64,000 nt of DNA, from NCBI GenBank assembly GCA_002269645.1, contig NIVC01000061.1, forward strand, positions 186,001 to 250,000, read 5' to 3'. This stretch comes from Macrostomum lignano (Eukaryota). The translations under genes were made by a program, and so were the position numbers. Below the pieces are notes generated by a model that saw only the letters and a program-made list of their open reading frames with translations, searched no databases and was not told the DNA's origin. Shown one piece after another: positions 1 through 12,354 of the stretch (positions are counted from its first letter, which is position 1; every line of letters starts with the position of its first letter).

Positions 1-189
1 CAGGTGGGCAGAGTAGCGCAGGTGTACGCATAGGGCGGGGCTCAGAATTGAAGACACAGAGGATGAGCTACTCGAAAAGAAATCGCATCCTGAGCACGGG
101 GCAAAGCTGTCCATCTAATGACGAGGAAGTAATCAAGAGGGAGAGAACCACCGAGACATGCAGTGTTGTTACAATTGAAAAGCTAGGGC

Positions 190-381
190 CAGGGGCGTAG
201 CCAGGAATTTCCTACGGGGGGGGATACACCAAGGTGAATTTCCTACGGGGGGGGGGGTTACACCAAGGTAAAAGTGCTCACATGGTAGCATGTATAGCGA
301 AAAAGTGCAACAAAAAAGTTTTGGTCAGGCTCTTCGGGGGGGGATACATCCCCCCTGATCCCCCCCCTCCCTACGCCACTG
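190..381. mobile_element. hAT-like MITE with 11-bp TIRs and 8-bp TSD
   Basis: TIRs CAGGGGCGTAG (190-200) and CTACGCCACTG (371-381) match 10/11. Identical 8-bp flanks GCTAGGGC at 182-189 and 382-389; an 8-bp TSD is typical of hAT. Confidence 0.85.
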
Positions 382-2143
382 GCTAGGGCTGCATTGACCG
401 CGGCTTACTGCGAACAATTAGTGGAGAGTATAGGGGCTTACCGACTAATTTCTAACTAACCCCGAAACGCATCCTGCCTTCGTTTGCTTTTACTTATGAG
501 ACACGTACCGGTACGTGCGGAACAAAAGCTGACAGCTACCGCGCTAGATCTTGTCTAAAGCCTCATGCTTAAGTACCCGCCTACTCAATAGGTAGTGCAA
601 TAGTAGCACTGATGAGAAGATCACTGACTAACTGATGGTATATGTTGCTAAGAGGGGTAGAACGCTCTGTGCAGAAATTAATTATCAGACCGAAAAACCG
701 AGCAAAACAGGCGTGAAAAATCTCCAAAAATCTCCACTCTATGCTCGTAAGATGTTACTGACAAAGTTTGCAGTATTACAGATGGGCGTTGGCCTTATTT
801 ACAACAAAAAGCAAGAACCAGAAAAATTACCAGAGGATTTAAAAAACACTCCACTCCGCACTGATATTGGAATTATTTATGCTGCTAATGCTAATATTGC
901 ACACTACGTCGTTTAAGATTAAGAAAAGATTTAGCATTTAATACACTAAATGAGAAGGGCACCAACACTAACTGGAAGGATGGGAATGATGTAGATAATA
1001 AATGTACTTTAGCCAACACGAACACAGTGACTCGGACAAACACCCACCCAGCAGCAACTAACAATTGGATCGAGTCTTGAGGAAGGTCATTTTGACGAAA
1101 TTTTATGCAACTATTCTCAAATATCTCAAAAGACATGTCACACAAAATTGCATCGGAATCATCAGGTTGTTTGATTACCAAGGTTAGCTCGTAATCACCT
1201 GTCGATTAACCGATATGGCAGCAAGCCAGGCTGTTCAACAGTCGCAGGAACAGCAGACGCCACCATCTGCAGAAGCAGCCGCAACTACTGCAGCGGCGTC
1301 ATGACTGGCTGAGAAAGCCAACGCCGAGGAGGACAAGGACAGCGACACAGCAACTGGAAGCGAGGACGGCGTTGGGGACGGCAGCGGCCGCCGATCAGCC
1401 GGCGGACTCGTCGCTGTCGATGAGAAACTGACGTGACGCTGCTGCTTCAGCTGATTAGAGGACTGATGGTGCTCTGCATCCGATGCATTGGCCGCGGACA
1501 AAGAGTTTGAGTACATTGTATTTCTTAAGAAGGTGCGACAAAGAGAGTCAGCGCAGTAAAGCTTGGATTTCTGGAGGAGAGTGCAAGCTTGTTTGAAATC
1601 CACTAAATAAACTTAGCCAATAATGTCAAGCCACTGACCATTTACCAAAACGCATTGCGTTCAGTTTTTTTGCCCTGGCAAGAGCCTTACTGAATCTGCA
1701 AGCTCACTCGGCGAGAGATCCTCTTCTCCCGCCACGCCAATAGGATCAGCAGGAAAGGGCGCGATACTAAAGCACAGAATCCCAGCGCAATTTGCTGATT
1801 AGATACTTTTCCAAGCATTGCACACTACGCTAGCCATGAGACTGCCGCTAGTGTACACATGCACATAATCAATGCAAGTGCCGACTATCTAAGATGCAAG
1901 AAGACTGGGAGGAAGGTTCACAGAACTGGAGATACTGTCAGGGTTGAGGCCTGAAATTATCCAGCTAAAAGCTTTCAGTCCTACTCTCTTTGAAATAAAT
2001 AGCAAATTAATGAATTATTATGCAACAAAGAACGTAGGAGCAAGGCAAATTGTTGAGAATTGAACTCGTGTATTTTCACATAAAAACTGTTGAAATTTTA
2101 CTAGCTATAAAATGCAGCACGAAAATCAGCCAAGCCAGCCCAA

Positions 2144-2611
2144 TCACTCATCCGTGTATTTGCGCAATTCAGACAAGCTAACATTGCTACTTTTCAGTAG
2201 TATATCAAGCGCCTGCCGACTCTCAGCAGTTGACGTCAACGATTCCAAGCGCTCGGCAAGCTGGCGACGAGCCCGACTAGCCGACAGCTCAAGCTCCGAC
2301 AGGCGCCGCTCGCACAGGGTCGCGGCCGACGCCTTGGAGAGGCGGACGAAGCCGCCGCTGCCGCCGCCGCCGATGTTAAGCCAGACTCGACCGCCGCCTT
2401 CAACTTCATCAAAGTCGCCCAGCTGAGGCGGCCGACGCAGCCGACGGGCGCAGCTGTGAAGAGGCGCCAGCTGCCGCTCTGAGGCGTCAATTTGGTCGCG
2501 TAGTCGGCAGCATGTGTCCAGCAATTGAGCAGCCGCTGTCTGAACCTCCAGTGAAATCTCAGCTGACTGCGATGAGGACAGCAAAGTGTCAAGCTTAGCA
2601 CATTTTTCAGT
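2144..2611 (-). CDS. Terminal exon of a prefoldin-like protein, most similar in pattern to PDRG1; first exon not found
   Basis: GC-rich open frame after the acceptor ttggcag| at 2612-2614. Helix-hairpin-helix pattern EVQTAAAQLL...RVWLNIG...FVRLS...LSELELSASRARRQLAERLESL resembles PDRG1/prefoldin. No in-frame ATG in the exon. Confidence 0.45.
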   Translation of the reverse strand, partial: TEKCAKLDTLLSSSQSAEISLEVQTAAAQLLDTCCRLRDQIDASERQLAPLHSCARRLRRPPQLGDFDEVEGGGRVWLNIGGGGSGGFVRLSKASAATLCERRLSELELSASRARRQLAERLESLTSTAESRQALDILLKSSNVSLSELRKYTDE

Positions 2612-3006
2612 CTGCCAAATCAAATTTCTTGTACCTGCATGTCTATAATTTTTTTGGTTTATAACATTTTTAGTTCAAATAACTTTAAAAGAATAATAAT
2701 ATAATTCATGTTTGAAAAGTGAATTAGGACTATATAGGTTCATACATATATATAGTTATTTGTATAGAAAGGCAATTATATGAGTCAACTTAAAGATTAC
2801 TTGTTTAAGCAAATTAAAATATGCACAATTAATTGCTAGCATCCTTAGGGCAAACTACTCATAATTATACAAAAGTAGTTGTTGGTCTTTATATATGGCC
2901 CTTCGTTTTTGGCAATATAGATTTTTTTAATTATATTTTATCTATAATTAATTCATTCTAACCACCATACATACCCAACCTTAAAACTTCACCCATCTAC
3001 ATCTAG

Positions 3007-3540
3007 TGCAACTTAGTTTTGTCCAGATTTGCAACTTAGTTTCTCCCAATTGTGACTTATTTTCTCCCAATTGCAACTTAGTTTCTCCCAATTACAACTT
3101 ATTTTCTCCCAATTGCAACTTAGTTTCTCCCAATTGCAACTTATTTTCTCCCAATTGCAACTTAGTTTCTCCCAATTGCAACTTAGTTTCTCCCAATTGC
3201 AACTTAGTTTCTCCCAATTGCAACTTAGTTTCTCCCAATTGCAACTTAGTTTCTCCCAATTGTGACTTAGTTCCTCCTGATTGCAACTTAGTTTCTCCCA
3301 ATTGCAACTTATTTTCTCCCAATTGCAACTTATCTTCCCCAATTGTGACTTAGTTTCTCCAAATTGCAACTTAGTTTCTCCCAATTGTGACTTAGTTCCT
3401 CCTGATTGCAACTTAGTTTCTCCCAATTGCAACTTAGTTTCTCCCAATTGCAACTTAGTTTCTCCCAATTGTGACTTAGTTCCTCCTGATTGTGACTTAG
3501 TTCCTCTGAATTGTGACTTAGTTCTTCCAATTGCAACTAA
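3007..3540. repeat. 21-bp minisatellite (TTGCAACTTAGTTTCTCCCAA)n, about 25 copies
   Basis: Direct tandem periodicity; accounts for the NCNLVSP/QLGETKL ORFs. Confidence 0.95.
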
Positions 3541-3850
3541 ATTTTCACTTTGTATATGACTTTTCTTGCCTTTTTCTCTTTTCTTCTCTTTCTCTTTCTC
3601 TTTCCTCTTTCCCTTTCTTTCTTTTCCTTTCGGATGGGTTAGATGGGAGTTGGGCATGTATGCTAACCACTATAACTGGCTAGATGTTTTGATACAATGG
3701 CTTCTTTTTGATGAAATTATCCTTTATAACTTATATTACCCAAGATTGCATATTGTAACCTATCTCTTCTTTATATGATATCCAACATCATTTCTACAGG
3801 ATTTTAAAAAATAGAATCCTAAACCAAAGCTTGACTTTAAGTCTATCAGG

Positions 3851-4819
3851 GGTGCATGTCAAAACCGCCACACGCAAAATGGCCTCACGACATAATGGCC
3901 ACACCATCAAAATGGCCACATATAACAAATTTTTATAAGTTGCATATGTGTGAGTTAGTTTAGTTGAGTTGAGTTAGTTGAGTTAGTTTAATGTGGTGGT
4001 CTTGCCTTTGGAGCAGAGTGTATTTCTTTGCAGTGATGGCAGCAGGACCTGCAGGTATAGTACATAGAATATTAACGAGTAACTTAATTTCTTGATTTTA
4101 TTACATCAATTTGAGCATTTATCAGTCAGACACAGCCAATGATGCCACCTCTGACAGCCATCACTAAAAAGTGTATACTGACGCAGTTGCACAATACATG
4201 AGCATAGTGGACACAGATCATCACTACTCATTTTATTGTGGCAATGCAAAGTGGCAATTAAAATTATAATAAAATGCAAACTATAAAAGCTATCACTCTA
4301 TTCTTTTTATTAGAGACAGGGGGTTGTATGCACCCTGGTATACATATATATAGGCACATAACTGGCAAGAGGCATTATTGCCCAGGCCGCCAAGACTCCC
4401 CGGAGTAGGCATACAAGCACGCGGATACGTACGCAGGCACATACTCACTCAGGAGTGTACAGCGGCCCTAAGTTCATTTTATCATTAGGCATGTACACTT
4501 CACTACACATTGGGGGTTGGCTCTTAAGACTGTTAATTGCACAAGTGAGCCAAGCCAAGATTCCAATTAAGCCCCAAATTAATGATTGCACTTGGAATCG
4601 AGCCGGGGTTGCTGGCCCACTAGAGTAGCTACACCTGGGCTATGGCTCCCTTTATTAAACTAACATTGTGTCACACCTTATAAAAATTTGTTGTGTGGCC
4701 ATTTTGATGGTATGGCCATCCAAATTTGTTATATGTGACTGTTTTGACATATGGCCGTTTTGACGGTGTGGCTGTTCTATCGTAAGGCCATTTTGCATAT
4801 GGCCATTTTGACGTGGATT
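3851..4819. mobile_element. Non-autonomous foldback/Mutator-like DNA element with long repetitive TIRs
   Basis: 3851-3938 is an imperfect inverted copy of 4676-4819, built of CAAAATGGCCA subrepeats. Degenerate 9-bp flanks TCTATCAGG and CTTATCAGG. Confidence 0.6.
4380..4650 (-). mobile_element. tRNA-derived SINE-like repeat, same family as 34325-34530
   Basis: Reverse complement aligns to 34370-34520 (GGCTCGATTCCAA..TTAATT..GGCTTGGCTC..ACATGCCTAA.GATAAAA..TTAG.GCCGCTGT). Confidence 0.55.
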
Positions 4820-5463
4820 CTTATCAGGCCTATTAGCAAATGACAATATAGGCCTTATTATTAAGATTATTTAATTGGAACTAAGCAAATATTTTACTAC
4901 GAAAAATCTAATTTATCTTTAGGCCTGTGAAGTATAAGTGAAGTGAAGTGTAAATGTAAACTCTAAAATGTGGAATAAAAAACAATAAAACAATTTTTTC
5001 AACATTCAAGAGGCCGTAGGCCTAATATATCAAAAATTTACAAAAAAGCTTTTTGAGAGACAGTTATAAGTCTTTAAATTATTCCTAATAAAAACTATTG
5101 TTTATAATCTTTACATTGTTGAACAAATAAGTAAAAACCACAAAGAAATCATTTTAAAAGTAATATTGGAAGGTTAATTGGGAAAGAAGGTAATAAATTA
5201 TTACCTTTTAATTATTACAAAATTATGTCACCTGACAATACTAAAAGTTACAATTTCTGAATTTTTGAATTATGCCTTTCAATTATGATATTATCATAAA
5301 ATATTGTCATGTTCTGGAGCTGCCACTGTTTTGCAATATTTGTTGTACTTGTCCATTGCAATCATTAATTGTACACTCAATTAGGCTAAAATATATATCT
5401 TGTTCATATGTACATTCACCCAAATTTATTGATCGCCCCACCCCATATTGTGCTCAATCATAT

Positions 5464-6390
5464 TGTAATATGGTCGATCTTTTATTCTTACTAATAGTAG
5501 TTTTAAGCAGGTTTAATGAGCTATTTTTACTCAGCCAATTAGTGAATTTCCTTGTTTAAATCCCTAAATTGTTTTGTTTTAAATAATCTCAGCCAATGGA
5601 GTTTAATACTTTGTTAAAATTTCGTAAACTATTTTTGTTATAATTAATTTCAACCAATCAAATTGAGTTTTATCCCCTATATAAACGAAACAATTTACCA
5701 AAAATAAAAGTAACTTGCTCTTCCGCGAATCTTCGCGAGCTCGCTCTCAATCGGAGAAGCAGCGTTTGACATTCAAACCAAAACGTAAGTTGAAACCTGC
5801 GAGTCTTAGTTCTTTGTACGAATACAGGACTAGGGATCAGAATAGGGAGAAACCAGAGGTCGTGGAGACCCAGAACTAGGGATCAGAATAGGGAGAAACC
5901 AGAGGTCGTGGAGACCCAGAACTAGGGATCTGAATAGGGAGAAACTAGAGGTCGTGGAGATCCAAGATAGAGGTCTAAAAATAAGGAGAAATTTAAGGTC
6001 GTACAGACTCTAAGAAAGCCGTACTGGCTAATAATAGGTATTAGGCGCTAGGAGATTAGGCATTAGAGGAGTGAATTAGCTACTGCTGGACACCCTTGAT
6101 CCTCGGAAAACGCTAGGCTTTCGGACTAAATTAGGGAATTAGACAGTGTCTTACCGCTCGGGCACTACACACGCTATCACAAGGTTTCTGAGAAATCGTG
6201 TGAAATTAGAGAAAGGTCATAGTTTAGGGCAGCCAATACTACTAGAAATAGGCAGCTTAGTGATAAGAGCCAGAAAGTCTGTAAAGACTCGGTGGCTTTA
6301 CGGTGAAATCGCAGTTAGGAACGATTACGTCTGCGACAACTTGGTGACATCTAGTGGGATCTAGAAGAAGGAAGAAACACGTCTGTGACA
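5464..6390 (+). repeat. Gypsy 5' LTR (927 bp, 3 copies of a 46-bp unit)
   Basis: Direct repeat of 13828-14890. Confidence 0.95.
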
Positions 6391-6393
6391 ACT

Positions 6394-6404
6394 TGGTGGC
6401 AGCG
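6394..6404 (+). promoter_or_regulatory. Primer-binding site, tRNA-Leu-like (TGGTGGCAGCG)
   Basis: 3 nt after the LTR end; complementary to a tRNA 3' end ...CGCUGCCACCA, as in eukaryotic tRNA-Leu. Confidence 0.8.
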
Positions 6405-6450
6405 TAAAGGGATCAAGAAACCAGCGGAAAGCTAACTAGATAAGTGAAAA

Positions 6451-7395
6451 ATGGCAGGAATTAATGACGCATTAGCGCTACTAGCTGAAGAGCTTAGGAA
6501 TCGTTTGGAAATAGGACCAGCGAGGCATGTGAGAATTCAGAAGTACACGCCAAGCCAAGACATTAGGATCTGGTTGACAGCTTTTGATCAGAGGTGTGAA
6601 TCAGAAGGAATCGAGGAGAATCATAGGAAAACTGAGCTATTAGCTAACCTAGACTTAGCAACAGCGTTCGCCGCTGTACAGCGACTTAATCTGCCAGAAG
6701 ATCTAGGGTATGAAGAATTCAAGGAGCACTTGATCGAGAGATTTGGTAGAATAGGAAACGCGTCAGAATTTAGGGAAGAGTTTAGAGGCAGAATGCAAGG
6801 AAGGAATGAGTCAAAGGACGCTTATGCTGATGCGCTGATTGAGTTATCAGATAGGGCCTTCCCAAACATGAATGCAGAACAGCGAGAGGAAGAGATAGTA
6901 GAGCAGTTTATTAAAGGAGTTAGGATTCCGCCAGATACTAGGGAGAAGTTAATCTTCGCCCAACCTGCGAATCTGCAAGAAGCTAGGCGAATGCTAAGGC
7001 GAATTGAGGCCGCATGGCAACTATCGCACAAAGGAGGTGTTAGGATGATGAAGGAAGGAGAAGGAGAGAAGGAGAAAAAGCTCCAAGATTTAGTTCAGCA
7101 GCAGAAGAGTGAGTTAGAGCAACAGAAGAAGCTGATTCAGGAGCTGATGGCGCACAAGCCACCACCTATGGCTAGACCGCAGCCATGCCCAGCTCAGATG
7201 CCGCGACAGAGTTATCAGCAGCAACCGGCATTTCAGCCGAGAGTTCCGGCATATTATCAGCCTAGACCTAGGAGAGAGTTTCCGATTCGCTCTTATTCGC
7301 CGCAGCCAGGAAGGTTTGCATTTTGCCAGCAACCCGGCTCAATAAGGCCTGGTATAGGTCACCAGTGCCGAGTGAACCGCAAACAGGGAAACTAG
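6451..7395 (+). CDS. gag: Gypsy Gag, 314 aa
   Basis: ATG ORF just after the PBS with a retrotransposon Gag pattern (WLTAFDQRC...FRGRMQGRNESKDAYADAL...EQFIKG). Confidence 0.85.
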   Translation: MAGINDALALLAEELRNRLEIGPARHVRIQKYTPSQDIRIWLTAFDQRCESEGIEENHRKTELLANLDLATAFAAVQRLNLPEDLGYEEFKEHLIERFGRIGNASEFREEFRGRMQGRNESKDAYADALIELSDRAFPNMNAEQREEEIVEQFIKGVRIPPDTREKLIFAQPANLQEARRMLRRIEAAWQLSHKGGVRMMKEGEGEKEKKLQDLVQQQKSELEQQKKLIQELMAHKPPPMARPQPCPAQMPRQSYQQQPAFQPRVPAYYQPRPRREFPIRSYSPQPGRFAFCQQPGSIRPGIGHQCRVNRKQGN

Positions 7396-7430
7396 AGTAC
7401 AGAGGGTGGCATGAGAAGCCACGACCCTCT
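7386..7430 (+). promoter_or_regulatory. -1 programmed ribosomal frameshift signal
   Basis: G GGA AAC slippery heptamer at 7386-7392 directly before the gag TAG. Hairpin AGAGGGTGGC/GCCACGACCCTCT at 7401-7430 after an 8-nt spacer. pol lies in the -1 frame. Confidence 0.8.
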
Positions 7431-10400
7431 AGGAGAAATGAGTACAAAATGAAGGCCTCTAATTGTAAATATAGTGTAGATAGTGAAGGTTGGCGAACAG
7501 TCCCAATGCGAAAAAGACACATAGGTGGTGAGCATGTAAATAATGCGTTTGCACCAGCACCAATTTCCACTTATTCTGCGTCAGCACCTCATGCGTATGT
7601 ACCACCCGCATCACCATGTGTCGATCCTGCTTATGCTACTGAAAACCTAGCACCAGTAGTAGAAGAAGAATCCGAACCCGATTTTCGCCAGCCAAAGCCT
7701 AAGAAAATAGTTAAGCAAAAGGTTTTTCCGAAACCAAAGGTTGAATTAGTAAACCAGACAGGCTATGAAGCAATAGTAGTAGGCAATATCGATAATCAAG
7801 AAGTAGACTTTCTAATAGACACAGGCGCTCAAAATAATTTTCTAAGTAGATCAGTTTGGTCAAAAGTATTCGAGCCGAGTCAGATTAGAGAAACAAGTAG
7901 GAGAGTTTCCACATTTGATGGAACTACAGTGAAATTAGAAGGAGAAGCGAGTACTTTAGTGCAGTTCGGAGATTTAGAATTAGAAATAGAATTCCTACTC
8001 TGCAGCCACGATTGTGACAACATACTAGGCATGGAATTCTTTAAAAATCGCTGTGAGAGCATTCAATTAGCAAAAGGCATGTTAATTTTAAAAGAGGGGA
8101 CTAGTATTCCCATGCAGTATACTCATTTGCCAGTCAAAGTTTGCCGAGTATATACTCAGGAGAGAGCAGTAGTTCCGCCTAATAGCGCACTGCGAGTCCC
8201 AGTTAGATTAGCCAAAAATTCAGAAGCTAATTATGGTACGCCAATGACTATTGAGACTATTGGAAGTAGTATAAGAACTAAAGGCGAGACATTAGACATG
8301 AATCCGACCTTAGTTACTATGCGCGATGGCGTAGCCATAGTAGAAGTAGTGAATCAAAGCACGGTAGAGGTGAAATTGCCGAAATCAACCTTAGTAGGTT
8401 TAGCTAAGCCAATCAGAGCTAGAGAGCTCACTTACATGAATAATGAAGTAGATCAAACCGTGCCGCCAGATCAGCCAATCACCGGACGTGTCAATCAAAC
8501 GCAATCTACAAGTGAAACTTGGATTAGCGAAATAGATATTAGTGAAGATTTGACAGCCGAACAGAGAGATAGAGTGATTCAGCTCGTGAAAGAGCATAGA
8601 GAGGCCTTTTCTCAGCATGACCTAGATATGGGCTTAACATCATTAGTCACGCATGAGATCTCACTAAGAGATGAGACACCTGTTAGGATTCCGACTAGAA
8701 GGATTCCCCCTCATCTGCAGAAACAGGTAGATGCTCAGCTAGATGACATGTTAGCTAAGAACCTAATTAGGCCATGCTATTCGACTTATTCAACACCTTT
8801 AGTGATTGTACCGAAGAAAGATGGTACTATTCGAATAGTCAGTGACTTTAGAGTGCTGAATTCACGGGTGAATTATTTCCCGTATCCGCTGCCAAATATT
8901 CAATAGACATTTTCAAACTTAACAGGCAGTCAGTATTTTAGTAGCCTTGACCTGAATTCTGGTTATTGGCAAGTTCCGATAAAAGAGGAACACAAGTTTA
9001 TGACTGCATTTTCAACATTAACAAGAGGTCAATTTGAGTACCAAGTTATGGCTCAGGGCTTATCTAATGCCCCAGATACTTTTCAAAGGCTTATGAATCT
9101 AGTGCTAGCAGGCATTCAGCATAAATATGCCATGTCATACATAGATGATATAGTGACCTATTCTAAGCAGTTTGAAGATCATTTAGAACACCTCAGAGAG
9201 GTATTTAAAAGACTAATTAGTGCAGGACTGAAACTAAGAGCTAAAAAGTGCAACCTATTTCATAGCGAGTTAAAATATTTAGGCCATGTAATTGGAAGAC
9301 AAGGAATTAGGACTGATGAAGCTAAGATAGAAGCCATTAGGAGCTGGCCAAAGCCAAAAGATGTAAAAGAGCTAAGAAGTTTCTTAGGATTATGCAATTA
9401 TTATAGTCGCTTTGTTAAGAATTATGCTGAGGCTGCACATCCGTTATTTCAACTAACTAGGAAAGGAGTGCAGAACTTTCAGGCAAAGTGGACTAGAGCT
9501 CATGATGAAGCATTTGAAGAGCTTAAGAAAAGAATGATGTCAACAGAAGTGTTAGCCTATCCAGAGTTTGTAGACGATGAGAATGTTAGAATGGTCTTAG
9601 ATACTGATGCTAGTGATGGACGCATTGGGGCCTGTCTAGGCCAAATCCAGTCAGATGGCATCGAGAGACCTATAGCATATTTCAGTCGTGCTATGAAAGA
9701 GACAGAAAAGCGATATCCAATAACTAGGAAAGAACTATTAGCGTTAGTAGACGCAATGAAGCATTTTAGATTTTATCTGATAGGAAAGCGATTTTTAGCG
9801 CGCACAGATCATAAGGCGATTTTATGGTTGTTAAGGCAAACAGAGGCCCAAGGGATTCTAGGACGTTGGGTGGAGCGCTTAAATGAATTTCAATTTGATA
9901 TTGAGCATAGAAGCGGTGCAAAACACTCCAATGCGGACAGTTTGTCCAGAAGACCAGCAGAAGTAGCTGAGGCAACCAAAATTGAGCAAGGCGCGAAAGC
10001 CTATGAAAGTGAAATTAAACAAGGCGTGAAAGCCTGTGAAAGCGAAAAAGACGTGAAGCCAAGAGACAGCGTGAATGCTGCAGTAGGCGAGAAAGTAGAG
10101 GAAGGAGAAAGAGAGATGCAGACTTCGCATCCAGAGGACTCAGAGTCTAGGATCAAGTCATTAGTCATTTCAGGAGTAGAGGGTGCGAAGGTAAAAGATG
10201 TGTCAGCACTGAGTTCAAGCTTAACGCAACAGAACAGAGACACTGAACCTGATCACAGAGAGAGTGAGATACCTAAAGTTACAAAATTACTAACTGACTA
10301 CTTGCAAGTACCATTGAAGAAAGAGCAAATTGTTAAAGCTCAGAGGGAAGACACAGCAATCTGCACACTAATAGAGTGGAAGCAAGAAAACCTGTCAGTC

Positions 10401-12151
10401 CCGCCAATTCAGAAAAATGATTCAGTCGAACTGAAGCAGTTGAGACGAAAATATGAGAAAATGAAGTTAGAGAGGAATCTGTTGACTATAGAAGAAGAAG
10501 GAATCTGGAAAATTGTTTTGCCTAAGTCTTTAGATAAGCTAGTGTTTAGCGATCTGCATGATAGCCCGCTAGAAGGACATTTAGGTAGAGACAAAACAGT
10601 TCAGCGAGTTAGAGAGAGATTCTGGAGACCAGGCTTAGTAGCCGCAGTAGAAAAGCATGTGGCAGAGTGCATCCCATTCTTAGAAAGCAAAAGAGGCCAT
10701 AAAGTACAAGCTCCGATTCAGTCATTTCCAATTAGTGAGCCATTTCACCGATTACACATAGATGTGATAGGGCCAATTTCAAAGATTAGCAAAAGAGGCC
10801 ATCAGTATGTGTTGACAATAGTAGACAGCAATACTCGCTATCCATTTGCATTTCCAATGCGCAACCAAAAAGCTGACAATTATTAAGCTATTGCAAGAAA
10901 GGGTATTTAGTGAATATGGCCAATGCCAATGGATTCACACAGATAATGGCAAGGCATTCACTAGCAAACAATTTAGTGCATTCTGTGAGTTGTACAATGT
11001 GAAGCATACTTTCACAACTCCATATCACGCACAGAGCAATGGTTTAGTTGAGAGATTTAACAAGCAGGTCAAATCAATAGTCACATGCCTGATTGAGAAA
11101 GACCATAGTAATTGGGATTTATTAATTCCGGCAGCCTTAGTCGCAGTGAGAACTAGCGTTAATCAATCTACAGGCTATTCGCCGCATTTTTTATTGTTTG
11201 GCAGAGAGGCAGTTTTGCCCATAGACAGCGAACTTAGAGAGCCAAATCAATACGCTAATTATCCGACCTATGTAGCCGAACATGCCGAAAGATTAGAAAG
11301 TGCTAGAAAAATAGTTAAGGATAAAGAAAGTGCATGACAAAAGGCAGACAGACGCCGAGAATCAGAAAAAGCCAAAGGCTATCGAAGTAGGAAGCTTAGT
11401 GCTAATTAATAATCCACAACTTAACATTGACGAATCTAATAAGTTTCATAGGAAAAAGAGAGCCGCCTTTAGAGTGCTTAAGCAAATCTCAGAAGTAGTT
11501 TTTAATATTCAGAAAGAAGAGGAAGGCGAGTTAGTAGGTAATAAGCTCTTAGTGCATAGGGATAACATGGCCCCAGTGCCAAACTCTGTGAAAGAGCCAA
11601 TAGATAAGGGAAGCCAGGAGAGCGCTGAGACAGTAGAAATTATTAATAAGAAAAGCCAGACGAAAGCTAAGCATTCAAATGGAAGAAATCAGCAGGAGGT
11701 AGGACAATCAAGCAAGGGAAGCCACGTCAGAAAGAATAAACTAGAAGAATCAGCTATCGAATTAGGAGAGGAAAGCTCTGATGAAGAACAGCCGAAGTGG
11801 TTTTGCAAGATTCGTGAAAATGAACAATCGGTACATGAGAATGAATCAGAGTTGGAAGCAGAGTCAGAAGTTGAGATAGAAAATGCTATGCAATTTGAGA
11901 GCCTAGTGGAAACGGAGAGGTCAGAGCGAGAGGGAGGAGAAGTAACAATCGATAACAGACATGAAACAGAGCCGGGGGAAGGAGAAGGCGCGCATGCGTG
12001 CCACACCGAGAATGGGGGAACGCCAGACAAAGAGGGTAATAAAACTAAACCATATAACACACGCAGCCGCACTAGGCCGCCCGTCAGATGCCAGTGTTAT
12101 CTAAAAAAGCTGGCTACCGTTTGGAGGTTGTTAGAAAAACTAGACTTTTAG
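7386..12151 (+). pseudogene. pol: Gypsy Pol (protease, RT, RNase H, integrase) with disablements
   Basis: FLIDTGA protease, YIDD RT, DTDASD/RTDH RNase H, HLGRDKT zinc finger, HIDVIGP/HTDNG/NGLVERFN integrase. Stop at 8904-8906 and frameshifts near 10880 and 11335. Confidence 0.93.
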
Positions 12152-12354
12152 TCAGCCAATAAGAACTCAGCTGCGGTTTAAATCAAGTGTTTATTGCGCA
12201 AGAGCCAACAAGATAATTTACAAAGATTAAAACAAGCTAGTTTGTTTAAATTAACTCAGCGGGGGGGAGTCAATTTATATAAAAAGGGACACTTAGTCAG
12301 GAAGGAGTCAGGATAGAATTTAAATCTAACAGTCAAAAATTAAACTAGTTAACT

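Noticed and set aside
635-1980. Short ORFs and a GC-rich patch at 1235-1603
   Set aside because: No recognisable domain, the strand is ambiguous, and no consistent exon chain could be built.
3006-3657. NCNLVSP / QLGETKL repeat ORFs as a coding repeat protein
   Set aside because: No signal exon or credible start; they run into a CT/AG tract.
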